In this document: positions 48,368-56,266 of the stretch, one piece after another
Layout of the letters: every line of letters starts with the position of its first letter
Numbering within the stretch: position 1 is the first letter of the stretch
NCBI GenBank assembly: GCA_045531965.1
Contig: JAZSFA010000078.1
Coordinates: forward strand, 1,091-65,090
From: Eubacteriales bacterium
Lineage (GTDB): Bacteria; Bacillota; Clostridia; Oscillospirales; CAG-272
Direction of reading: 5' to 3'
DNA length: 64,000 nt
Translations under genes and position numbers: made by a program
Notes under the pieces: model-generated
Told to the model about the DNA's origin: nothing
The model's input: the letters and a program-made list of their open reading frames with translations, nothing else
Databases searched by the model: none

Positions 48368-50023
48368 TTAACAGTACTTTTGGATAATTGCTTCCGCCAC
48401 CCGAAGACCATCAGCCGCCGCGCTGGTTATGCCACCGGCATATCCTGCACCCTCCCCACAAGGGTAGATGCCGGGATGGTTGAGTGCACACAGGTCTTCT
48501 CCTCGAAGGATTCGGACAGGTGCCGACGTTCGGGTTTCAGCGCCTGACAAAATCGCTTCGTTCATGGCAAAACCAGGTAGTTGTCTATCAAAAGCACGCA
48601 GTCCGGTTTGAAGAGATGTGACCACATAGGGCGGGAGGTATTCAGAAAGATGAGCCACTTGATAATGCGCTCCGCCTCGATAAGAAGGAAGCACACGGGT
48701 AGGGGATTTCAAGCGCGAAGCCTTCTCGGGATTGAGAAAATCCCCCACAGTCATGACAGGCACGCTGTAATCTCTTCCGCCCGCCACAAAAGCAGATCTT
48801 TCAATATGGCGTTGATATTCAATGGCACCAAGAACATTGCTGCCGTCCACAGGAACATAATCTTCAGGGAAAACCGATACAGCTACGGCGGAATTGGAAT
48901 TTTTTAAATCTCTGGCGCGGTAGCTCATGCCATTCACGACAACCGAATCCTCTTCTGAAGCCGCCGCCACCACTTCTCCTCCGGGGCACATACAGAAAGT
49001 ATATACACCGCGATCTCCTTTGGTGTAGGAAAGATGATATTCTCCTGCCCCCAAATCCGGGTGTCCCGCCATATCGCCATAAAGCATCGTATCCATGTCC
49101 TGTCTCAGATGCTCAATTCGAACGCCTACAGACATAGGCTTGGGCACAAGGGTATAGCCTTCCTTCAAAAGCATGGCATAAGTATCGCGGGCACTATGCC
49201 CCGGCGCTAAAACAATCAAACCGCAGGGAATCTCACCGCAGGTAGTTATTGCGGAAAAGGTACCGCCCGCCAACCGCTTGATGCCGTCAAGTCGGCACCG
49301 GAACATGATATCTCCCCCCAAAGATCTGATCTCATCCAACATATTGGATACCACGAGGCGTAACACATCTGTACCCACGTGAGGTTTGGCACTCACCGTA
49401 ATATCTTCGGGCGCGCCCATGTCCTTCAATGTATCCAACACAAAAGAACAACGTGGATCATTGATACGTGTTAAAAGCTTGCCATCGGAAAACGTACCTG
49501 CGCCGCCCGCACCAAACTGAATGTTGGATTCGGTATCCAATATACCCAAAGAAACAAAGCGGTTTACAGCAGCCACTCGATCTTGCACATCATCCCCCCG
49601 ATCAATCAGCAGAGGTCGATATCCTTCTTTGGCAAGTAGATAAGCACAGAATAATCCTGCAGGACCTGCTCCCACCACCAACGGACGTTCAGGCAAGGAG
49701 GTACTTCCCTTCTGAATTTTCAGGGCAGTCATAACATAGGGTTTAAATCCACAACGGATGATAGCCTCGGCTTGTAAGGGCGCGCTTCCCTCTTTTAAAA
49801 CGCCCAAAACCGAATAAACCAAACGAATATCCTGGCGTTTACGAGCATCAACAGATTTTTTATAAAGCCGAAAATGAAGCGACCCGGCACGAAGTCCGGA
49901 ACGCTTCATTTTTTGCTCTGCTTTGTATAACACTTCGGCGACAGGCGTGCCCACGGGCACGGAAACGCCTTCAATGATGACACCTCGAATACCATCGCGA
50001 TCCTTTTCAACGTTAGAACGCAT
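48368..50023 (-). CDS. FAD-dependent oxidoreductase (COG2509-like NAD(FAD)-utilising dehydrogenase)
   Basis: VVGAGPAGLFCAYLLAKEGYRPLLIDRG dinucleotide-binding fold, and GEGAGYAGGITSAA near the C-terminus. Confidence 0.75.
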   Translation of the reverse strand: MRSNVEKDRDGIRGVIIEGVSVPVGTPVAEVLYKAEQKMKRSGLRAGSLHFRLYKKSVDARKRQDIRLVYSVLGVLKEGSAPLQAEAIIRCGFKPYVMTALKIQKGSTSLPERPLVVGAGPAGLFCAYLLAKEGYRPLLIDRGDDVQDRVAAVNRFVSLGILDTESNIQFGAGGAGTFSDGKLLTRINDPRCSFVLDTLKDMGAPEDITVSAKPHVGTDVLRLVVSNMLDEIRSLGGDIMFRCRLDGIKRLAGGTFSAITTCGEIPCGLIVLAPGHSARDTYAMLLKEGYTLVPKPMSVGVRIEHLRQDMDTMLYGDMAGHPDLGAGEYHLSYTKGDRGVYTFCMCPGGEVVAAASEEDSVVVNGMSYRARDLKNSNSAVAVSVFPEDYVPVDGSNVLGAIEYQRHIERSAFVAGGRDYSVPVMTVGDFLNPEKASRLKSPTRVLPSYRGGAHYQVAHLSEYLPPYVVTSLQTGLRAFDRQLPGFAMNEAILSGAETRTSAPVRILRGEDLCALNHPGIYPCGEGAGYAGGITSAAADGLRVAEAIIQKYC

Positions 50024-50327
50024 CAGCTTGTCTCCAATCCGAATAGGTATCGCATATCTCGCGGGACTGCTTGCTCGTTAGCGATAACATCTCACCGAAG
50101 GTTACCGATGGCTCATGAACTGCAACATTGGCAGTTTCTGTTTGTTCCGAGGTCGTATCTTCGGGAGGAGTGGGGGGAAGGGGTGTGCTTCCCTTAACGT
50201 ATAGCCAAACCAGAACAGCACAAACAAATGCCAGTAGCAAAGCACCGTAGTGTACTTTTAAATGTACCTTCTGCACTTCGACTCTGCCCCTCTTTTTTCC
50301 TGTTCTGACAAGTTTAAATCGAGCCAT
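50013..50327 (-). CDS. Small single-pass membrane protein downstream of cdaA
   Basis: ATG 50327 after AAAGGA. Basic N-terminus plus TM helix (ALLLAFVCAVLVWLYV). No YbbR repeat recognisable. Confidence 0.5.
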   Translation of the reverse strand: MARFKLVRTGKKRGRVEVQKVHLKVHYGALLLAFVCAVLVWLYVKGSTPLPPTPPEDTTSEQTETANVAVHEPSVTFGEMLSLTSKQSREICDTYSDWRQADAF

Positions 50328-50386
50328 GTTGAATCCTTTCTGTTGTCGGAAAATCCCTACGAACCGTGCACACGCTTGCACAATTG

Positions 50387-51442
50387 TTAATCATGAGCTG
50401 ACGTATCGTGTTTCTGATCCTGTTCTTTTTGAGGCACCGAAGTCACGTTGCGACGCGCTCTGTGACGCAGTTTTCTGTCTGCCTTCTTCTGGTGTTCGTC
50501 GGCGTGCTTCAGCATTTTTTTGCGCTCTCTGCGGGCATTGCGTTCGGAAATACGATTGGCTTCTTCCGCACTGATGTTTGTGAGCAAATGGAACAAGTCC
50601 TGTCGCAAACCGTTTCGAATCAACTTCACACTTTCTTCGGCTTTAAGGTCAGCCACGTTTTTGTTATAATCCAGTTTAATCTCACCGCCGTTAGCAACCG
50701 AAATTCGGTGGCGCTCTTCGGAAACAACCACAACTACGCAGTCACTGCAATACTCAGTGATACCCACCGCCGCTCTGTGACGAGTACCTAAATGCTTGAT
50801 ATGTTCGTCATTGGTGGTCAAGGGCAATTTGCAAGCGGCAGCAGCCAAGCGGTTGTTGCTGATAATTACCGCGCCGTCATGGAGCGGGGACTTATCATAA
50901 AAAATATTGACAAGCAAAGGCACTGTGACCTGAGCATCCAGTTTGGTGCCTTTATCTATGTAATCACCCAAGCGGGTGGTTCCTTCGATGACAATCAAGG
51001 CGCCATCAGAATCTCTTTGAGCAATTTCGATGGCTGCATCCACCACCGCGTTAATCGTGTTAGTCACTTCTGCCTGTTGCTTTTCGCTGAGAACACGGAA
51101 ACCAAAAGGCGTAGAACCGATTTTTTCCAACACGTCACGCAGTTCAGGCTGGAAAATGATCACAATAATCACAATACCAACCGAAACAATACCTGCGATG
51201 ATCTTGTGGAAAGCATTCATATCCAAAATATCACTGATACCGTATGCCAAAAGCACCAGAACCACACCGATAGCGAGTTTACCCGCACGGCGATTCTTGA
51301 TAAAGGAGTAAACCCAATAAAAGAGAGCCGTCAGGATCAGAATATCCAATAGATCTCCGGGGATGCTAAACATACTGAACGGTCCATAAATATACCGCTC
51401 CCAAAATTTTTCAAACCAAGCGCCAATGTTGTCCACCGCCAA
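50387..51442 (-). CDS. cdaA: Diadenylate cyclase CdaA (DacA) with a basic C-terminal tail
   Basis: 3 N-terminal TM helices. DAC-domain motifs DGALIVIEG, HDGAVII and LGTRHRAAVGITE. The last 80 aa or so are K/R-rich. The start is TTG 51442 or, more likely, GTG 51436 (AAGGAGG 6 nt upstream). Confidence 0.92.
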   Translation of the reverse strand: MAVDNIGAWFEKFWERYIYGPFSMFSIPGDLLDILILTALFYWVYSFIKNRRAGKLAIGVVLVLLAYGISDILDMNAFHKIIAGIVSVGIVIIVIIFQPELRDVLEKIGSTPFGFRVLSEKQQAEVTNTINAVVDAAIEIAQRDSDGALIVIEGTTRLGDYIDKGTKLDAQVTVPLLVNIFYDKSPLHDGAVIISNNRLAAAACKLPLTTNDEHIKHLGTRHRAAVGITEYCSDCVVVVVSEERHRISVANGGEIKLDYNKNVADLKAEESVKLIRNGLRQDLFHLLTNISAEEANRISERNARRERKKMLKHADEHQKKADRKLRHRARRNVTSVPQKEQDQKHDTSAHD

Positions 51443-51549
51443 ACCTCCTTATTGGATTATCCATCTCATTTTTACCTGGGGATTGCCCCGGCATTTTTAC
51501 CTCACAATATTTCAAAGCAAACAGCTCTTAGACAATTAAATGATTATTT

Positions 51550-51578
51550 ATTATATCATATGTAGTTAGAATTTACAA
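51550..51578 (-). promoter_or_regulatory. Sigma-A type promoter for cdaA
   Basis: On the minus strand: TTGTAA, 17-nt spacer, TGaTATAAT. This leaves a leader of about 100 nt. Confidence 0.6.
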
Positions 51579-51650
51579 ACCATTCTGTAAATAATTCAAA
51601 AAAAATTAACTTCTTTTATGGTGATACACAGAGATAACGACCGACAGCTA

Positions 51651-51681
51651 CAAAAAAGAGACACCTCATGGGGTGTCTCTT
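51651..51681 (-). terminator. Intrinsic terminator after the DUF4956 gene
   Basis: Minus-sense AGAGACACC-ccatga-GGTGTCTCT followed by T6. Confidence 0.85.
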
Positions 51682-51703
51682 CTGTGGTTCATCAATCTGG
51701 GAT

Positions 51704-52393
51704 TTACAGTTCTTCAGCCATATTTTGGATTAAGCTGATATTCAGGTTGCCATTGCGCTCGCGCAGAGCATCAATGAACTTCTTCTCATCAGCTTTGTTT
51801 TTCATAACCACGCGGAAATCAAGTTCCAAAAGAGTTCCGTAGTCGGTTGTCTTAATGCGGTTCAGGTGATGATACTTGCAGTATTCATTCAGAATCGGAT
51901 CGAATACATCCGTATAATCCAGACTTTCGGGGATCAGAATACGCAAGCGCTTGCCACGTCCGCCGCTGCGGTCAAGACCAACAAGTGACATGATCACGAC
52001 AAAAGCAAGAATAAGGATCAGCGCTACTGCGCCAAAACCAATAAAACCAACACCGCAAGCCATACCGGAAGCAATGGACAGATAGAAATAAATAATGTCA
52101 CGGGGATCTTCCACCGTATTTCTGAAACGAATCAGCGCAAGACCACCGCCGATAGAAATCGCGCGGGCAATATTGCTTCCGATACAGATAACGATAATGG
52201 ATACGATGGGACCAAGCAAGAGCATGGTAAACATAACGGAAGGTCTCCATCCGGAGCGACGATGGGTAAACATATACACCAACATGATTGCCAAAGAAAA
52301 AGCGACGGCACAACCCATCAAGGTCAAGGCACGCCCCAGGGTTATTGTGGTAATATCGATAGTCTGTAAAATGTTATTCAACAAGTCGTTCAT
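51704..52393 (-). CDS. DUF4956-domain membrane protein
   Basis: GGGLALIRFRNTVEDPRDIIYFYLSIASGMACG is the recalled DUF4956 signature. 4-5 TM. Start at ATG 52393 after AAAGGGA. Confidence 0.75.
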   Translation of the reverse strand: MNDLLNNILQTIDITTITLGRALTLMGCAVAFSLAIMLVYMFTHRRSGWRPSVMFTMLLLGPIVSIIVICIGSNIARAISIGGGLALIRFRNTVEDPRDIIYFYLSIASGMACGVGFIGFGAVALILILAFVVIMSLVGLDRSGGRGKRLRILIPESLDYTDVFDPILNEYCKYHHLNRIKTTDYGTLLELDFRVVMKNKADEKKFIDALRERNGNLNISLIQNMAEEL

Positions 52394-52459
52394 AAGTAAA
52401 TTCCCTTTCAAATCAGCTTTATATCATGATGCGCAGCTTGGAGAATCGTTGAAATACAG

Positions 52460-53212
52460 TTAATGGATCAAGCGAAGATAACGTTCTTCTTCGTCAGAGG
52501 CGCAAGCTTTTTCGTATGTATACAGTTTAAAATCCGTGCCACACTTGGAAAAAGTATGGAAGGATAGACCGAAATCACTCATAACGCGGCAAAACCATAG
52601 CGGAACAGCGCCTGCAAATTTCACTTCCAAGACCAGTTTTTCCGGAGACAATACCGGCTCTCCGTATCTTCCCAGCTTAAGATCCAAATCATAACGTCGG
52701 GTCAGGATATCGCTGTCAAGCGTAACACGAAAAGAGGGATCATCCTTGGCAAAGAAGGCACGGCGAAGGTAGCTCACATAAATACGGGGCACAACTGTTT
52801 CGTGGGTGCGGTAATAGTCGATCTCTCTAAGCACCTGTTCGTCGATATAAGAAAGACCCTCAGGGTGAATCCCTGTTTCCAAATAGGTTTCCGCATCTTT
52901 CAAAAGGAGTTTTGCGCGGCGTTTGGTTCCCACGCCGTAAAGTTTTTTCTTCAGTTCTAAGAAGACCTTGGTATCCTCTGTGGGTACACCGTAGCTTCGG
53001 AGTCTGAGCTTTTCCTTGTACTTGGGCAGCGTGACGGAGGTACGAATCACATTGTCGTTGACATCATCAAAATAGATATTGCTGATCATGTACGGCTCAC
53101 CGTTGACATTATGTGCGTCATAGTCCATTCGCGGAAGGATGGCTTCCAAAAAAGCCGGAACAGCGTCAAGTGGCATGGTCGTCTTTTTTTCCATACGTTT
53201 AAAGGTATTCAC
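52460..53212 (-). CDS. VTC-domain (polyphosphate polymerase-like, CYTH-fold) protein
   Basis: GTG start after GGAGGTGA. FKRMEKK (the ExK-type CYTH motif), KLRLRSYG and LEVKF. Confidence 0.75.
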   Translation of the reverse strand: MNTFKRMEKKTTMPLDAVPAFLEAILPRMDYDAHNVNGEPYMISNIYFDDVNDNVIRTSVTLPKYKEKLRLRSYGVPTEDTKVFLELKKKLYGVGTKRRAKLLLKDAETYLETGIHPEGLSYIDEQVLREIDYYRTHETVVPRIYVSYLRRAFFAKDDPSFRVTLDSDILTRRYDLDLKLGRYGEPVLSPEKLVLEVKFAGAVPLWFCRVMSDFGLSFHTFSKCGTDFKLYTYEKACASDEEERYLRLIH

Positions 53213-53472
53213 AGCGACACATCACCTCCCGATAAGCAGTATTCACCAAATATATATTATATCTTGCACTTATGTACTTCTCGTGAACTTTACATGAATT
53301 TTTCGTCGAAATAACCATTTCTTTATCAAATCTATTCATGGAATGGCACATCCATACCTGTTTCTTTCCCATACCGCCACAATTTACAACGACTAAAATT
53401 CTTTCGACCGAGAAAAATATTAGCGGACATGGTTTCTGCACAGAAGCGGAGCTATCCGAAAGGAGTCTGAAT

Positions 53473-54294
53473 ATGATCTTTTCAAAGAAAAAACATCCAA
53501 TCTTTCACGTAGGAATATGGTTGCTGGTATGTATGTCCTTGGTCGTGACATCCACGCTTGCCTCGTATGCTGCTGGGGCAGAGGCACTTCATTGGTATTG
53601 TGTACACGCAAAAGAGCACAATCAACCGCGTGCCGATGCGTCCTTGTCATATATCGAAAACTACGGCGGGCATTATATCGATCATCGCCATAGTGATCCT
53701 GCATCTGAAGACAAGGTGGTTTATCTGACCTTTGACGCCGGATATGAAAATGGACACGTAGCGGAAATCCTGGACACTCTGAAAGCCGCTTCCGTGCCGG
53801 GCGCATTCTTTATTTTAGGAAATCTCCCCAAATCAAATCCCGACCTCGTACGTCGTATGGCAGAAGAGGGTCATCTGGTTTGTAACCACACGTTCACTCA
53901 TAAAGATATGACCGGCAGTCGTGTCAGCGAGCTCGAAGAAGAACTGTCACGTTTAGAGACGGCGTGCCGTGAACTTTGCAACGTGGAGGTCACCAAATTT
54001 TTCCGACCTCCCGAGGGAAAATTTGATCGAGGGATGCTCATGGAAGCACAAAAATTGGGGTATCAAACCATTTTTTGGAGTTTTGCTTACGCAGATTGGG
54101 ACAATCAAAAGCAGCCTGATCCCATAGCTGCCAAAAAGAAAATTCTTGAAAACATTCATAACGGTGCTGTGCTCCTGCTTCACCCTACGTCAGCCACCAA
54201 TGCAGCAATATTGGGGGAAGTCATCGAAGAACTGAAAGCGGAAGGTTACCGTTTTGGAACCTTATTTGAACTGACACAATGTCCCGAATCATGA
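53473..54294 (+). CDS. Polysaccharide deacetylase (PdaA-like NodB-homology domain), secreted or membrane-anchored
   Basis: ATG 53473 after AAAGGAG. N-terminal anchor. VYLTFDAGYENG, LVCNHTFTHKDM and LLLHP. Confidence 0.85.
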   Translation: MIFSKKKHPIFHVGIWLLVCMSLVVTSTLASYAAGAEALHWYCVHAKEHNQPRADASLSYIENYGGHYIDHRHSDPASEDKVVYLTFDAGYENGHVAEILDTLKAASVPGAFFILGNLPKSNPDLVRRMAEEGHLVCNHTFTHKDMTGSRVSELEEELSRLETACRELCNVEVTKFFRPPEGKFDRGMLMEAQKLGYQTIFWSFAYADWDNQKQPDPIAAKKKILENIHNGAVLLLHPTSATNAAILGEVIEELKAEGYRFGTLFELTQCPES

Positions 54295-55064
54295 TGAAGA
54301 GAAAAAAAAGGCAGGTTCTTCGAAATTTGTCTATCATATCGGCGGTTTTGCTCATCGGTATATTCTCTATGAACAAGCAAGATTTGTCCCCCACGTCAAA
54401 TAAAGCTAAAGCGGTCATTGGAGAAAACGTTCGAGAACCGATCGAAGCTGAAACAGACCGTGATATCGTTTTTTATCGAAAGGATAATGATCGGATGGAA
54501 ATAGCGCTGACTTTTGATGACGGACCTCATCCGTATTACACGCCCATCATTTTGAAAATTCTGGATGAATACGATATCAAAGCGACTTTTTTTATGATCG
54601 GAGAAAATGTCAGCTACTACCCCGCAGCCGCCGAAGCTGTGTTTGACGCCGGGCATGAAATCGGAAACCATACCCATCATCACAGAGGACTTAAATCCAT
54701 GTCCGACAAGGATATTTTGATGGAGATCGAAGGCTGTGAGGATGCGCTGTTTTCTTTAGCAGAATACCGTCCGAGATTCGTAAGACCGCCCGAAGGTGCC
54801 ATGAGCGACACCGTCAGGCAGGTGGTAAAAGATCTGAACTACCGCATCATTCTTTGGGACGTAGACACCCATGATTGGGCACATACACCACCCGAGGAGA
54901 TATGCCGGCATGTGTTAGAAGAAATTGACGCGGGCGGCATCATTCTCATGCACGATTTTATCGGTCATAACAGTCCGACCCCGGCGGCACTTCGGTTGTT
55001 GATCCCTGCCCTGCTTGAAAGGGGTTATCATTTTGTCACAGTTGGCGAGTTGTTGGATGGCTGA
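54291..55064 (+). CDS. Polysaccharide deacetylase family protein (NodB domain), membrane-anchored
   Basis: ATGA overlap with the previous stop. IALTFDDGPHP, IGNHTHHH and IILMHD. Confidence 0.85.
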   Translation: MMKRKKRQVLRNLSIISAVLLIGIFSMNKQDLSPTSNKAKAVIGENVREPIEAETDRDIVFYRKDNDRMEIALTFDDGPHPYYTPIILKILDEYDIKATFFMIGENVSYYPAAAEAVFDAGHEIGNHTHHHRGLKSMSDKDILMEIEGCEDALFSLAEYRPRFVRPPEGAMSDTVRQVVKDLNYRIILWDVDTHDWAHTPPEEICRHVLEEIDAGGIILMHDFIGHNSPTPAALRLLIPALLERGYHFVTVGELLDG

Positions 55065-55190
55065 ACTTCCGGTTTTATCACGGTAAAAAAGGAGCTGCCC
55101 CTACCAAGGTTTGAGACAGCCCGTCTTATTCATTTCGCAAAAGACTAGCAAACAACCATTCGACTATAATCAAGTCAAGATGATGTCTTG

Positions 55191-56174
55191 TCACAATATG
55201 CCCTTTTCTGATAACATCTCCCCCAACACCTCGGCGGCGATGGCCACCAGCTCAGGGCAGGGGCGTTTTTGATAATACTCGGTCGTGCGCGCCTCGGCCT
55301 CTCCTCCTTTTTCTCCCGAAAGTCCCGCGTTCTGCAGGATCTCACGGCAGACGATGGAGCCGCCCCGACTCCGCTCGGTAAAGCGTCGAGCCAGCTCGCG
55401 GATGTCGGCGTAGTGGCGACTCTTGCCTTCCTTGTCGGCGGGGTCATCGTAGCCACAAAGCAGACCCAAGACGGCGAAAGCACCGCTGACACCGCCGCAG
55501 ACCTCGCGGAGTCTTCCCATGCCGCCGCCAAAGGAGGAGCCGAGCTTGGCGAGGGTGGTCTCGTCCAAACCTGTCATATCAGCGTAGGCGAGAAGGACGG
55601 ATTGAGCGCAGCCGTAGCCCCCCAGGAAATTGGCGCGGGCGCGGGCGGCGCGGGCAGAGATCAAAACAGGCGCGGGAATCTCACCGGATCGCAGCAGTTC
55701 CAGCACGAAGGTCTCACGTGGAACCCAATGGTAATCCGTGTCCGCCAAAGCCAGATTCATGGTCAACGCCTCCTCCAAGGTGACCGAGATGGGGGTCGCT
55801 CCCTCGCTGATCTCGTTCTCGGTGGGGGTAGGGTCGGCTACTTTTGTACCTCGGCAGAGGTAGAAGTAGTTGACCAAATACATCTCGTCCACACCGAAAA
55901 AGCGGTTATGCAAATACTGATCCACGCGACCGAAGGGTTGAATCGAGGCAGGATCGACGGCATAGCCTGTTTCCTCCATCACCTCACGGATCAGAGCTTC
56001 AACGTGAGCCTCGCCCTCCTCGATACCCCCACCGGGAAAACAGCAGTCTTGGTATTGGGAGGAGGTGACCATGTGCAGAGTGCCGTCGTGATCCATGAGG
56101 ATACCGCGGACACTTTCGCGGCGGACGGTTTTCAGAGTGGGGTCAGGGGTGCCGAATATCTTCAGTAATTTCAA
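55191..56174 (-). CDS. NUDIX hydrolase fused to a C_GCAxxG_C_C-family domain
   Basis: TTG 56174 after AAGGAGAG (the ORF track extends to 56264 across the thrS terminator hairpin). NUDIX box GGGIEEGEAHVEALIREVMEETG. C-terminal GGYGCAQSVLLAY...GGGMGRLREVCGGVSGA...CREI...RPCPELV. Confidence 0.75.
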   Translation of the reverse strand: MKLLKIFGTPDPTLKTVRRESVRGILMDHDGTLHMVTSSQYQDCCFPGGGIEEGEAHVEALIREVMEETGYAVDPASIQPFGRVDQYLHNRFFGVDEMYLVNYFYLCRGTKVADPTPTENEISEGATPISVTLEEALTMNLALADTDYHWVPRETFVLELLRSGEIPAPVLISARAARARANFLGGYGCAQSVLLAYADMTGLDETTLAKLGSSFGGGMGRLREVCGGVSGAFAVLGLLCGYDDPADKEGKSRHYADIRELARRFTERSRGGSIVCREILQNAGLSGEKGGEAEARTTEYYQKRPCPELVAIAAEVLGEMLSEKGIL

Positions 56175-56224
56175 AATATCTCTCCTTATGAAAGTTCTTG
56201 AAAAGAGGGGGCACGGGGGAGAGA

Positions 56225-56262
56225 AACTTCTTGAAAGAAGTTTCTCTCCCCCGTAAAACATC
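56225..56262 (-). terminator. Very strong hairpin just after the thrS stop (probable terminator)
   Basis: GGGGGAGAGAAACTTCT/AGAAGTTTCTCTCCCCC, about 16 bp. On the minus strand the U-rich tract (CTCTTTTC) lies 8 nt downstream. Confidence 0.55.
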
Positions 56263-56266
56263 AAAA

